From Bdellovibrionales bacterium (lineage in GTDB: Bacteria; Bdellovibrionota; Bdellovibrionia; Bdellovibrionales; UBA1609), in contig OZ241329.1 in the NCBI GenBank assembly GCA_965199825.1, forward strand, positions 2,208,001-2,272,000: 64,000 nt of DNA. The letters run 5' to 3'. The translations under genes and the position numbers were made by a program. Of the stretch, positions 28,597 through 39,149 are shown piece by piece. The stretch's first letter is position 1; every line of letters begins with the position of its first letter. The notes under the pieces were generated by a model. The model did no database searches. It was not told the origin of the DNA and saw only the letters and a program-made list of their open reading frames with translations.

Positions 28597-30883
28597 TTTG
28601 AGTTAAAGGGGTGTGAAGATGATAATGGATGCGTTCGATAAATGAGTCGACTTCGATCGGCTTGGTCAGATGATCATTTAATCCAAACGCTTTTGATTTT
28701 TCTTTATCGTCATGAAACGCATTTGCGGTCAGAGCCAAAATTGGCCCAATGAATCCTTTTTGACGTAAAATCTTTGTCATCGTGTAACCGTCCATGATGG
28801 GCATTTGAATATCTGTTAGTATCAGATCATATTTTTTTTGTAACGCCATCTCAACACCTTCTTGCCCATTGCTTGCGGTTTCGATTTCGGCTCCGTGATG
28901 GCGCAAAACATTTTCAAATAAACTGCGATTGTCCTCAGAATCCTCGATCAATAAAATTTGCGAGCCTTGAATCGACGAATTTTTTGATGAGGTTGAATGG
29001 GTTATGGCTTTCGAATTCTCAATAACCAACGGCAGTATCAATGCAAAGGTACTGCCCACTCCAGGCTGACTGGAAACCAAAAAGAATCGGCCCTTCATCG
29101 CCTCGGCTAGCCTCTTTGACAACATCAATCCCAGTCCCGTGCCGCCAAACTTTCGAGTGGTCGAAGCATCAGCTTGGCCAAAAGGTTTAAAAAGTTTGGT
29201 CTGACTTTCTTCCTCGATGCCAATCCCGGTGTCGGTAATCATATACTCAAGGGTGGATGGATCTTTCAGAGTTAAGCTTAAGTGAATCACACCTTCAGGA
29301 GTAAATTTGATCGCATTGCCAATCACATTGAATAAAATTTGTCTTAATCTTGTGGTGTCAGATTGAATAATCTCGGGCACGTCGTCAGCCACATGGCTTT
29401 TTAAAAGAAGTCCGCGATCGGAAGCGCGAGGGGACATCAGCTCAAAAATTTCGCTCAAAAATCCACGAATATTTATATTGATAAATTCGAACTCTAATTT
29501 TCCGGCTTCGATTTTTGAAAAATCTAAGATGTCATCGATGATTTGCATAAGGGCATGGCCATTGCGACGAATAGTCGCCGCAAATTGGGTGCGTTCATTG
29601 TCATCGCCAGGTTTTCTCACCAAGAGCTCGGTAAATCCCATGATCGCCCCAAGCGGTGTTCTGATTTCGTGGCTCATGTTGGCCAAAAATTGACCTTTAG
29701 CTTCATTGGCATGTTCGGCTTGATGTTTGGCTTGGTGCAAATCTTCCTGAATTTTTTTAAGTGGAGAAATATCTTGAAACGCGATGGCTACTGCGGGGTC
29801 TTGTTCATAAATCGGCTCAATATAAGCCGAATCGACAAGCACAAATTTTTCGCACACACTTGTTTTGAGTAAAAATTCGCCACCCGAAAATTGTTCGCCC
29901 ACACTGGGCGACAGATAAGGAAGAGGCAAAGATTCAAGTTTATCGCCATTTTTTTGAAAAAATAAATTGGCCACCGTGTTTTCACCAGCCAACACTTTTG
30001 CACCCGCTTTGTTTGTAAATCGAATTTCGTGTGTTTGTGGATTTACCAATAAAAACGGCACGGGTAAGAAATCTAAAACAGTTTCAAACCAACGGGTTTG
30101 GTTGAGTTGCCGTTGCTCGAATTCTCTTTTGTCTGTTTCGTCGCGGATAATGGCGGCAAATCCGTTGGCAATTCCTTTGGCAGAATAAATGTAAGAGAGC
30201 GAGCCCGCGCCCCAAAATATGGTTTTATCTCGCCGCCGAAACCATTTTTCAACCCGCATATTTTTTTTTGAGTAATCAATTTCTGCATGGGATTCAAAAA
30301 GAAATTCAAAAGTATTTCCTAAAACTTCGTCGGTCGAAAATCCAAACAGATGCTCGGCCCCTTTGTTCCACTGAGTAATTGCTCCATGAAGATCTAAAAG
30401 GATGATTGCGTGATCGCGCACACTGTCGACCAGCAAGGAGAGCTGCTCTTGGGTTGCTCGTAACTTTTCGGTTTTTTCAAAAATTTCAAGATCTTGGGCA
30501 TGTTTTTTAATGGCGTTTCGAGTGGCGCGGAGCAGATTTCCAGTAGAGAGATCTGATTTTAAAAGATAATCCTGAGCTCCGCACTTAAGCGCTTGCACCG
30601 CAATGCGCTCATCACCTTGGCCTGTGATCATCACGAGTGGTGCACGCTCGATGAGGCCTAAAATTTTGAGCCGGTCCAAAAATTCGAGGCCATTCATGTC
30701 TGGCAGTTGGTAGTCAAGCAGGATGCAATTAAAACTTTCTTTCAACAATCGATTGAGTGCCTCTTGGCCCACTTCACACTCAACAAATTCAAAAAGATAA
30801 TCGTCGTTTTTATTTAAACTCTCACGATAAATTTCTCGATCTTGAATTGAGTCATCAATAATCAATATTTTTTGTTTAAGCAT
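28580..30883 (-). CDS. Hybrid kinase REC-PAS-PAS-HisKA-HATPase-REC
   Basis: LLDYQLPDMNG, GAQDYL, ANMSHEIRTP, TDIQMP. Confidence 0.9.
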   Translation of the reverse strand: MLKQKILIIDDSIQDREIYRESLNKNDDYLFEFVECEVGQEALNRLLKESFNCILLDYQLPDMNGLEFLDRLKILGLIERAPLVMITGQGDERIAVQALKCGAQDYLLKSDLSTGNLLRATRNAIKKHAQDLEIFEKTEKLRATQEQLSLLVDSVRDHAIILLDLHGAITQWNKGAEHLFGFSTDEVLGNTFEFLFESHAEIDYSKKNMRVEKWFRRRDKTIFWGAGSLSYIYSAKGIANGFAAIIRDETDKREFEQRQLNQTRWFETVLDFLPVPFLLVNPQTHEIRFTNKAGAKVLAGENTVANLFFQKNGDKLESLPLPYLSPSVGEQFSGGEFLLKTSVCEKFVLVDSAYIEPIYEQDPAVAIAFQDISPLKKIQEDLHQAKHQAEHANEAKGQFLANMSHEIRTPLGAIMGFTELLVRKPGDDNERTQFAATIRRNGHALMQIIDDILDFSKIEAGKLEFEFININIRGFLSEIFELMSPRASDRGLLLKSHVADDVPEIIQSDTTRLRQILFNVIGNAIKFTPEGVIHLSLTLKDPSTLEYMITDTGIGIEEESQTKLFKPFGQADASTTRKFGGTGLGLMLSKRLAEAMKGRFFLVSSQPGVGSTFALILPLVIENSKAITHSTSSKNSSIQGSQILLIEDSEDNRSLFENVLRHHGAEIETASNGQEGVEMALQKKYDLILTDIQMPIMDGYTMTKILRQKGFIGPILALTANAFHDDKEKSKAFGLNDHLTKPIEVDSFIERIHYHLHTPLTQNAVHI

Positions 30884-31343
30884 AGGGCTGTCTCACTAAT
30901 TCAAACTGATTTACTCGTGGCAGGATCGTGTCTTCGAGCCAATATTCTTTAAAGCGTTGCACAAAGGTTTCCATGCGTTCATAGCCGGCGGGTTTAACAT
31001 GATAGCTACTTGCCCCTTCAAAATAACAGCGCTCGATATCTTTTGGATTCGATGAGGTTGTTAAAATGATAACAGGCACAATTCGAAATTGCTCGTGACG
31101 TTTTAACAATTTTAAAACTTCGATGCCATCAAGCCCAATCAAATTTAAATCAAGAAGGATCAGTCCCGGAGGTCGCGGCAATTCTTCAAGCGTCTTAAAA
31201 ACTTCCTCGCCCGCAATACATCGCACCACGGGGTTGTCGATCTTAAGATCTGCAAAAAGTGACATTAAAAGCTCAAAATCCTCGTCGCTATCTTCGGCTA
31301 TGAGGAGCGAGAGGCTTTCATTGCCCCACATGAATGTCATCAC
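30876..31343 (-). CDS. Single-domain response regulator, Rcp1/BphR-like
   Basis: AEDSDED, LLDLNL, PVIILTTSSNPKDI, YHVKP; follows phytochrome. Confidence 0.9.
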   Translation of the reverse strand: MMTFMWGNESLSLLIAEDSDEDFELLMSLFADLKIDNPVVRCIAGEEVFKTLEELPRPPGLILLDLNLIGLDGIEVLKLLKRHEQFRIVPVIILTTSSNPKDIERCYFEGASSYHVKPAGYERMETFVQRFKEYWLEDTILPRVNQFELVRQPYA

Positions 31344-33552
31344 TCATTGTGAAATAAAAGGTGGTGCCTTCGTTCACGTTGGAATCGAGCCAAATTGTGC
31401 CATTATGCCGCTCAATAATTTTTCGGGTGATGGTCAACCCCGTTCCGGTTCCTCCACCAAATTTTTCTTTGGCATGAAGGCGCTTAAAAATTTTAAAAAT
31501 AGCTGTGTGATAATTAGAATCGATTCCGATTCCATTGTCGCGAACAAAAAACACATCTTCGCCGCTTTTGCCGCGAATGCTACCAATCACCACACTTTTA
31601 CTTGGGCTTAAATTGTATTTAAGAGCGTTACTTACCAAATTGGTGAACACTTCGTTAATCAAAACCCGATCACATGTGATCGAAGGTAGATCTTCTTGCA
31701 CTTCGATATGGGCCTTTTTTTCTTCAATCAAAACTCTTAAAGATTCGAGTGCGTTTTTGACGATCTGGTTGGTATCACTCTCACGAATGGTGAGCTCGGC
31801 TCGGCCGACTTGGGAATAATGAAGTAGTGAATTGATCAAGTTCTCAGACCGCTCGGTGAGCTTTACAATTTTATCTAATCGCTCAACCGCATGAAGTGGA
31901 ATTAAACCCTCTTCTTTTTTAAGCAAAAAAGTGGCGTAATTGTGAATGCCGCGAAGCGGTTCCTTTAAATCATGAGAGGCCGCGTAGGCAAAAGAATCAA
32001 GTTCATTGTTACTGCGCTCAAGCTCAGTGTTTAAAGTTGTTATGCGCTCCACGCGTTGCAAAACAATATCAATCACGGCACTGCGAAAATCTTTAAGAGC
32101 ATTCATCTCAACTTCGCGCCACTGAAAAGACTTGAGCTGAACCGTCTCTTTCCAAACCTCAAAGGATTTTCTGGGATGAAGGGTTTGAGTGTCGCCCGCA
32201 ACATGCCGATTGCCACCCCAGTTGACGGTATGAATTTTTTCGGCTCGAAACCATAAAAAATAATTGGCGTGGGCTTTTGAAATTGAAAACGCCGCAAGAC
32301 CACAGGCCGAATCCTTGTAAGCTTCAGACCTCGGAAAAAGTTGAGACAGCGAGGTTGTCGAAAAAACCGGATCGCCGTCTTTATCCAACAGCCAATCAAT
32401 CAAATCTTTAAGCTGTGAGTCCGAGGGTGTAAGGCCCATCAAATAAAATTTGCCACCAAAATAAATTGCTCCGCCAGTGGCATCGCCTAACTGCAGATAA
32501 TCTTCCGGGTGACTGAGTAAACCCTCAATGAAATCTTCGTTTGAACTCATGCTGTGGATCAGGCGCGTCTGAATTTGAGCTAAACTTAATTTGTAGCTCG
32601 TATCCACTTCGACTTCGTGCATAGGGAGAAGGGATGAAAAGGTTTCGGCCAAAAAATCACAAAGAGCTCGGACGTCAAAAGGCAAATACATCGAACCCGA
32701 TTCATGATTACAGGAAATAAGTCCCCAGAGACGATTATTTTTGATCACCGCCATGCTCATTGAGGCTGTGGTGTTCATGTTGCGCATGTATTGAATGTGA
32801 ACGGGCGAAACACTTCTTAATACCGCAAACGAGAGATCGATTTTTTGATCAGTACCAATGATCTGACTGACCTTTGAATCGGTGGTCGGTATAATTCTTA
32901 AATGATTTGTTAAATAAAGATCACGCACTTGGGCAGGGATATCGGTTGAGGGGAAGTGCATATCTAAATAAGGATTTTGGATTGCTGCCGATTTTTCTTC
33001 GGCGAGCACATGGCCATTCCAATGCTCATCAAATTTGTAGATTAAGACGCGATCAAATCGGGTGATTCGCTGCACCTCTTTGACCGTGTGCGAATAAAGC
33101 TCTGCAATATTTTTGGCAGCCCTTAGGACTTGCACCGATTTCCGCGCTTGATGATAAAATCCGGCAAACTCAAATGGGTTTAAGACCTCTAAGGGCTCAA
33201 GCTCGAGAATCAGAATGTTGTTTTGTCGGTGAGCTATGCCGTCAAATGTGGATCGTGGGCCAAATTTCAAGGTGATCCGCATTGGATTGTGGCGCAAAAG
33301 ATCTTCATCATTTAATTTTTCTTTTAATGATTTAAAATCTTTTGGTTCCACCAAATCTTCAAGCTGAGTGCGGATCAGCGACTGTGACTCGATTCCCAAT
33401 AGGGGCTGTGCATTGTCTGATAAAAATAAAATTCTTAAATCTGGTTCTGAGAGTCCAAAAAGCAATCCATGGGGTTGAATCGAGCCTGGAGTACGGATCG
33501 GTTCTTTTTCACAATTAGAGAGATCATAAGTGTGGTGCAATTCTGATTTCAC
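31318..33552 (-). CDS. bphP: Bacteriophytochrome histidine kinase (PAS2-GAF-PHY-HisKA-HATPase)
   Basis: DLSNCEKEPI..PGSIQPHG, FDRVLIYKF, FPSTDIP, VSPVHIQY, WGG, PRKSF, ASHDLKEPLR. Confidence 0.95.
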   Translation of the reverse strand: MKSELHHTYDLSNCEKEPIRTPGSIQPHGLLFGLSEPDLRILFLSDNAQPLLGIESQSLIRTQLEDLVEPKDFKSLKEKLNDEDLLRHNPMRITLKFGPRSTFDGIAHRQNNILILELEPLEVLNPFEFAGFYHQARKSVQVLRAAKNIAELYSHTVKEVQRITRFDRVLIYKFDEHWNGHVLAEEKSAAIQNPYLDMHFPSTDIPAQVRDLYLTNHLRIIPTTDSKVSQIIGTDQKIDLSFAVLRSVSPVHIQYMRNMNTTASMSMAVIKNNRLWGLISCNHESGSMYLPFDVRALCDFLAETFSSLLPMHEVEVDTSYKLSLAQIQTRLIHSMSSNEDFIEGLLSHPEDYLQLGDATGGAIYFGGKFYLMGLTPSDSQLKDLIDWLLDKDGDPVFSTTSLSQLFPRSEAYKDSACGLAAFSISKAHANYFLWFRAEKIHTVNWGGNRHVAGDTQTLHPRKSFEVWKETVQLKSFQWREVEMNALKDFRSAVIDIVLQRVERITTLNTELERSNNELDSFAYAASHDLKEPLRGIHNYATFLLKKEEGLIPLHAVERLDKIVKLTERSENLINSLLHYSQVGRAELTIRESDTNQIVKNALESLRVLIEEKKAHIEVQEDLPSITCDRVLINEVFTNLVSNALKYNLSPSKSVVIGSIRGKSGEDVFFVRDNGIGIDSNYHTAIFKIFKRLHAKEKFGGGTGTGLTITRKIIERHNGTIWLDSNVNEGTTFYFTMSDDIHVGQ

Positions 33553-33639
33553 AGCCCCAATGTTTAGCAGTTTTAAACAAACAAAGACAATGTTCTTGGC
33601 GCTTTGAGAGTTGTTCGACTAGGTTGGGGAATTCACTTT

Positions 33640-36600
33640 ATGACGATAAAACAAATTTTAGAGCTTAAAAATAATCAAAGCCCACCCGAGGCCGACTCTC
33701 GAGCTGCCCTGTGGCTTCAGCGTGAGGGCTTCACCCGATATGTGGGCGAGCTCACTCCCAATGACGGTTTGAGTTTTAAGTTTTTCTTTTATGCATCGCT
33801 ATTTAGCCGCGGATGGAATCTCAATGAAGAGAGCACTTTTGTGGTCAGTTTGCTTGAAGAAGAGCCTGGAGAAAACTTAAGAACCTCCTGCTCCCATTGC
33901 AAAAAAGAGTACTGCCATCACGTGGCGGCGGCCGAGATGTTTCTGACGCAAAACAGCGATGTCGAAGACATTCAGATTGTTCTTACGCGTCAGATTGAAA
34001 GAAAAAAAGAACGCCAAGCCGCCTTGGAAATTCTTAAAGACGTTCGATTATCGAAGTTTGTGCTCAAACTTGAAGAGCAGAGCTTTTTAGATCTTAAAAA
34101 ACCAGACCCACCAAAGCTCACCTATCATTTTAGTGATGGCAAAGTATTGAGCTCTTTTGAGGTGGCTCAGCACATTTATTCGGCGTTGGTGCCCCCAGAG
34201 CTTTTGCCAAAACGAAATGATTTTTTAAATGTGATTACACAAATCGAAAATTATTTAAACACGATCCAGTTTGAAGTTGAAACCATTGAGCCTGTAGCAA
34301 TAAACAAAATCAATTTTGGTCAGTTTGAGACTCACTTGTGGCAAAGAAGTTTTTATCTCGCAGCGGATCAAACGCCCGCAGTCCGCCTGGATCTGACCCC
34401 TTTGACTCAGTATTTTTATTCAGAAGATTTTTGTGTCGACTTAAAAAACGGAATTCTCACCCAAGTTCCTTGGGGGGATATTGTCGACACCGCCTACGAC
34501 AGTGCCGATGTGCAGTCTTCATTAGATATCCCGTTAAGTTTAATTATTGAGGGTGCAGAAAGTTTAGAGACTTTCTTTTATCATTTTCAAAAGTCAGTGC
34601 TCTCACGCTTTAAAATAAAAGACGACACCCCGCTACGACAGGTTGAATTTCAACCCCAGATTCATTTTCAAGATGATGGCTCACTTCAGTTTGCTCGAAG
34701 CTTTGAGGATCTTCAAATCTGGGGATTTTCACCTGAGGTGATGTATTTGCTTTATCAAGTGGACCGCGGTGTTGCGGCCCTCTTATTCGGCGAGGCTCAT
34801 GATCTGGCTTGTAGAACTAAGACCGATCGGCATTTTGAATTGCGGGCCTTTAAACACGCAGGCCTTGCCCAGTGGCTTTTGTTTGAAGCTTTAAATGCGG
34901 TTTTCTTTAAAAAACTTTCTGACGGTTCCGAAGCCCATGATGCAGAATCGGTTTTTTTGAGCCTCAAAGACCGCATCCCCACCTTGGTTGATCCAAAAGA
35001 GCGCGAGGGTCGATTAACCATAAAGGCCCAAAAACATTTCCTAGAAGCATTAAGATCGATATTTTTAATTCTTAAAACCAAAGATATCTATTCGCCTCAA
35101 GGACTTTTGCAATCTGAAACAGCTCTTTATCAAGAGCTCAGACTGATCCAATGTTTGCTTTCGCTCGTTTCGACCAAAAACTCAGGCGCACAGTTCTTAA
35201 AACCCCGCAGCTCGCTACAAAAAATTTTAAATCTGAATGAATTTTCGGATTACAAATTCAAAGCTCTTGATCACGGTTTTTTACTTCCACAAATGGAAGA
35301 TTCATCTCGGGCCGACAAAATTTTTGCACTTTCTGAATTATTAGAAAGTGGATTTCAGTTCTTTATTAATAATTCTCCCGTGGAGAGTTTAAGGCCTGAG
35401 GATTTTGTCTCGAATTTAAAAGTCGACGAGCAAAATATCGATTGGTTTGAACTTCATCCCGAATTCTTTTTAAAGGGTAAAAAAATCGAAGCCTCAGAGG
35501 CCGAAAATTTTTTGACTCAAGGAGTGGTGGAGTACCGCGGCACATATTATTTGTTACCGGTTAAAAAACTTCCGAGCCTTGAGCGGCTTGGCCGATTTTG
35601 GCAGCGCCTTCAGGGTCAAAATAGCAAGCGCTCAAATCTGTCGCAAAAAATATTTCAGCTGCCAAAAAATCAAGTGATGGAACTGTTGGCTCTTAGAAAT
35701 TCAGGAGTGGACATTCAAGGGGGCGAGCGCTTTCAGGCGGTTGTTGATTTTTTTGATTCACTCGATCAACCGCGAAAAGATTTTGAAATTCCTCAAAGCC
35801 TTCAATGCGAACTTAAAAGTTTTCAAAAAAAAGGGGTGCGTTGGCTTTACGATCTCTACACTCTTCGTTTGGGCGCATTGCTCGCCGATGAAATGGGACT
35901 TGGCAAAACGGTGCAGACCATCGCATTTTTGGAAAAACTGAGAGAAGAGGGTAAGCTGGGACAAGTGCTAATTGTGGTGCCCACCTCGATGACCTTTAAC
36001 TGGATGAGTGAGTGCAAAAAATTTGCTCCCGATCTTGCGGTCTCTAGCTTTGTGAAGTCCGAAAATCCTCAAGGTGTTTTGATTACCACTTACGGTCTTT
36101 TGACCGAACACCAAGAATATTTTAAAGACAAAAAATTTAATATTGTGATTTTTGACGAAGCCCAAAATTTAAAAAACATTGTGGCGCGCAGAACCACCGC
36201 CGCCCGAAGTTTAGAAGCGCAATTCAAAATTTGTCTTTCGGGAACTCCACTTGAAAATCATTTTGGCGAATTTTATTCTCTTATGGATTTGATTTTACCA
36301 GGCTCCCTCGGCACTTATGATTATTATCGTAAAACCTATATTAATCCGGCACAAATCGCGGCAGCCGAAATTGATTATCTCAAACTCAGAGTCAAGCCTC
36401 TGGTGTTGAGACGAACAAAGGCTGAGCTCCACTCAGAATTTCAGCTGCCCGAAAAAACTGAGAGCAAAGTTGTGCTCACATTTTCTAGTAAACAAAAAAA
36501 GATATATCGGGATATCGCACTTTCTTATAATCAAAAAATTCGCGAGGTGGTGGCCGAGCAGGGCGAGCGAAAATCTCAGCTCCAAATGCTCACGGCACTT

Positions 36601-37188
36601 TTGCGCCTCAGGCAAGTGTGCTCGGATCCTTCTGCCTTACCGGGGGTTCAGTACACCGAAATTCCGCCCAAAATTGGGCGCTTAGTCGAAGCCCTCCAAG
36701 AAATCACCGAGGCGGGTGAATGTGCGATTGTTTTTACCCAATTCTTACGAACGTTGGAGCGGGTAGAGGCCGAGCTTTTGAAACATAAAATTTCTGTTCT
36801 CACCCTCCATGGATCCATCGAAAGAAATAAGCGGCATATTATACTTCAAAATTTTGAAGATTTACCGGCGGGTGGAGTGTTGTTGATGACCCTCAAAACA
36901 GGAGGAGTGGGACTGAATTTAACTAAGGCCAATTACGTTTTTCACCTTGAGCCGTGGTGGAATCCGGCGGTGGAAAATCAGGCGACCGACCGGGTCCACC
37001 GTTTGGGTCAACAGCGCAGCGTGCAAGTTTATCGCTACATCATGCACGAATCGGTTGAAGAAAAAATTGAGCTGTTAAAGGCGCGTAAATCAGAAAGATT
37101 TAACGCGCTCTTTTCAGAAAATGAAGACGGCGTGGTTCAAAGTGCGGCTCATTTGAGTCAAAAAGATTTTGAGTTGCTTTTAACTTAA
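33640..37188 (+). CDS. SWIM-like Zn finger and SNF2-family helicase
   Basis: CSHC...CHH; LADEMGLGKT, DEAQ, SGTPLEN, LRLRQVC, GGVGLNLT, PWWNPAVE.QA.DR.HR.GQ. Confidence 0.92.
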   Translation: MTIKQILELKNNQSPPEADSRAALWLQREGFTRYVGELTPNDGLSFKFFFYASLFSRGWNLNEESTFVVSLLEEEPGENLRTSCSHCKKEYCHHVAAAEMFLTQNSDVEDIQIVLTRQIERKKERQAALEILKDVRLSKFVLKLEEQSFLDLKKPDPPKLTYHFSDGKVLSSFEVAQHIYSALVPPELLPKRNDFLNVITQIENYLNTIQFEVETIEPVAINKINFGQFETHLWQRSFYLAADQTPAVRLDLTPLTQYFYSEDFCVDLKNGILTQVPWGDIVDTAYDSADVQSSLDIPLSLIIEGAESLETFFYHFQKSVLSRFKIKDDTPLRQVEFQPQIHFQDDGSLQFARSFEDLQIWGFSPEVMYLLYQVDRGVAALLFGEAHDLACRTKTDRHFELRAFKHAGLAQWLLFEALNAVFFKKLSDGSEAHDAESVFLSLKDRIPTLVDPKEREGRLTIKAQKHFLEALRSIFLILKTKDIYSPQGLLQSETALYQELRLIQCLLSLVSTKNSGAQFLKPRSSLQKILNLNEFSDYKFKALDHGFLLPQMEDSSRADKIFALSELLESGFQFFINNSPVESLRPEDFVSNLKVDEQNIDWFELHPEFFLKGKKIEASEAENFLTQGVVEYRGTYYLLPVKKLPSLERLGRFWQRLQGQNSKRSNLSQKIFQLPKNQVMELLALRNSGVDIQGGERFQAVVDFFDSLDQPRKDFEIPQSLQCELKSFQKKGVRWLYDLYTLRLGALLADEMGLGKTVQTIAFLEKLREEGKLGQVLIVVPTSMTFNWMSECKKFAPDLAVSSFVKSENPQGVLITTYGLLTEHQEYFKDKKFNIVIFDEAQNLKNIVARRTTAARSLEAQFKICLSGTPLENHFGEFYSLMDLILPGSLGTYDYYRKTYINPAQIAAAEIDYLKLRVKPLVLRRTKAELHSEFQLPEKTESKVVLTFSSKQKKIYRDIALSYNQKIREVVAEQGERKSQLQMLTALLRLRQVCSDPSALPGVQYTEIPPKIGRLVEALQEITEAGECAIVFTQFLRTLERVEAELLKHKISVLTLHGSIERNKRHIILQNFEDLPAGGVLLMTLKTGGVGLNLTKANYVFHLEPWWNPAVENQATDRVHRLGQQRSVQVYRYIMHESVEEKIELLKARKSERFNALFSENEDGVVQSAAHLSQKDFELLLT

Positions 37189-39149
37189 CCGCTTGTTTCA
37201 AAATCAGCAGGAGTGATTGTGCCTTTTGCTTTTTGCAACACATCACTGATCCGCCCAACCAATCGCCCACGCAATTTTTTGGGGTCAACTTCTTTGGGTT
37301 TTTTCATCAGCACTTGACCGACCACCGTTTGGGTCAGTTGCAATGTGCGAGTATGATAATCCTCAAGTCCTGCCCGATGCCCAATACTTAAAATTGCGGT
37401 ACCGTTGAGTTCTTCGGTAAAAATCGACATCATCCGGTGCTGATTTTCATCATCAAGCGCACTGGTGGCTTCATCCAAGAAAACCCATTTTGGTTTATGC
37501 AACAAGAGGCGACCAAATGCCAATCTCTGTTGTTGACCGAGACTCATCAATTTATCCCAACGTGCAGTCTCATCAAGCATCGGAATAAACGATTCCAAAT
37601 TTACCCGGCGAAGGCACGTCTTCATCAGTTCACGATCCCACTCTTGAGCCGATCGAGGATAAGACAAAGCTTGGGCAAAAGTTCCAATTGGCATGTAGGG
37701 GCGTTGAGGTAAAAACATCATCTCCGCTTTTGGCGGAATTTTGATTTCTCCAGAACCCCATGGCCAAAGACCGCCCACCGCACGCAGCAGGGTGCTCTTA
37801 CCAGATCCTGATTCTCCAGTGAGCAAAACGCGCTCGCCCGGTAGAATTTCGGCTGTGGCATCGGCAATCACCACTTTGCCATCCATCAAACTGATCGAGG
37901 TCTTTTCAAAAGCCAAACAGCCTTTTTCATTGGCGGTGAGCGAAATGGTTTCGGGTTGATTTTCATACTCATCAACCGTCGTAACCGCCTCACGGAACAC
38001 AATCACCCGGTGAAGGGCTGAGCGCCAGTCGGCGATTCGCGGAAAGTTTTCGACAAACCATCTTAAAGAATATTGCACCTGGTTGAATGCGCCAACAACC
38101 ATCATCAGCGCACCAAAATCGAGCTTGCCTTGAAGGTATCCGGGCATTGCCACAAGAACGGGGAGAATCACAACCATCCAACCATGGCCACAGGTAATCC
38201 AAGTCAGTCGCGCATTTGCAAACGACAGGGTCTTCATGGTTTTAAGCACCTGACCCAAAGCCCCATTGATGATTTTGCGCTCATCTTTCTCGCCAGAATA
38301 AAACGCGATACTTTCTGCAGAATCACTGACCCGAACAAGCGAGTAGCGCAAATTCGCTTCATTGGTGTAGCGCTGTTCATTGAGCGCAATCAGAGGCACA
38401 CCAAATTTTGCGGTCAACCACGAGCCTAAAGCGGCATACAAAATGGCAAACCAAACCATGTATCCCGGAATTTGGAGATGATGACCTAAGACATCAAAAC
38501 CAATCCCACGCGAGAGCACCCACAAGACACCAACAAAACTCACCAGCATCAATGCCGATTTGGCCAAACCAATTCCGAGATCGCCCGACATTTCGCTTAA
38601 GTTTTTAACATCTTCTTGAATCCGTTGATCGGGATTGAGAGATTCTTCCGAGGTCATATTGAGGCGGTAAGCACAGCCTGGCTTCATCCACTCATCGAGT
38701 AAGCTATTGGCAAGCCACTCCCGCAAACGAATCTTAAAAATTTCGACAAGCCAATTTTGGAAAATCACAAAGCAGAGCAATATGGCAATAATCCCAACAA
38801 ACAATAAAGCTTGATGACCGATGCCGCCTAAATTTTTGTGTTCGAGCTCGCGATAAAAAGATCCTTGCCATTCGTTCATTCGGATTTCGCCAAGAACATT
38901 GATGACCAAAACCGCCATCGCAGCATAAACAATAAACCAAACTCTGCGCGATTTTTTGGATTTTCGCATTTGTCTAAACAAAGTGAGCAACTCATAGCCC
39001 ACCGAAAATTTGGGATTTTTGCGCTGCTGCGCTAAGAGGGCCTCGGCAGGGGGTCTCTCGATTGTTCCTTCAACTGCTTTGACAACGTCTTCGATTGAGC
39101 TGACGTCGCCGGCTTTGGCCGTGAATGAAATTGCTTTGTTACGTGGCAT
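37185..39149 (-). CDS. ABC transporter fused permease/ATPase, SbmA/BacA-ABCD (YddA/ExsE-like) family
   Basis: NPDQRIQED, EANLRYSL, AESIAFY, GESGSGKSTLLR, LPQRPY, LDEATSALD. Confidence 0.9.
   Translation of the reverse strand: MPRNKAISFTAKAGDVSSIEDVVKAVEGTIERPPAEALLAQQRKNPKFSVGYELLTLFRQMRKSKKSRRVWFIVYAAMAVLVINVLGEIRMNEWQGSFYRELEHKNLGGIGHQALLFVGIIAILLCFVIFQNWLVEIFKIRLREWLANSLLDEWMKPGCAYRLNMTSEESLNPDQRIQEDVKNLSEMSGDLGIGLAKSALMLVSFVGVLWVLSRGIGFDVLGHHLQIPGYMVWFAILYAALGSWLTAKFGVPLIALNEQRYTNEANLRYSLVRVSDSAESIAFYSGEKDERKIINGALGQVLKTMKTLSFANARLTWITCGHGWMVVILPVLVAMPGYLQGKLDFGALMMVVGAFNQVQYSLRWFVENFPRIADWRSALHRVIVFREAVTTVDEYENQPETISLTANEKGCLAFEKTSISLMDGKVVIADATAEILPGERVLLTGESGSGKSTLLRAVGGLWPWGSGEIKIPPKAEMMFLPQRPYMPIGTFAQALSYPRSAQEWDRELMKTCLRRVNLESFIPMLDETARWDKLMSLGQQQRLAFGRLLLHKPKWVFLDEATSALDDENQHRMMSIFTEELNGTAILSIGHRAGLEDYHTRTLQLTQTVVGQVLMKKPKEVDPKKLRGRLVGRISDVLQKAKGTITPADFETSG

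Noticed and set aside
33640..37188. SNF2 helicase as part of an anti-phage system
   Set aside because: SWIM-SNF2 type with no adjacent nuclease, methylase or other defence genes
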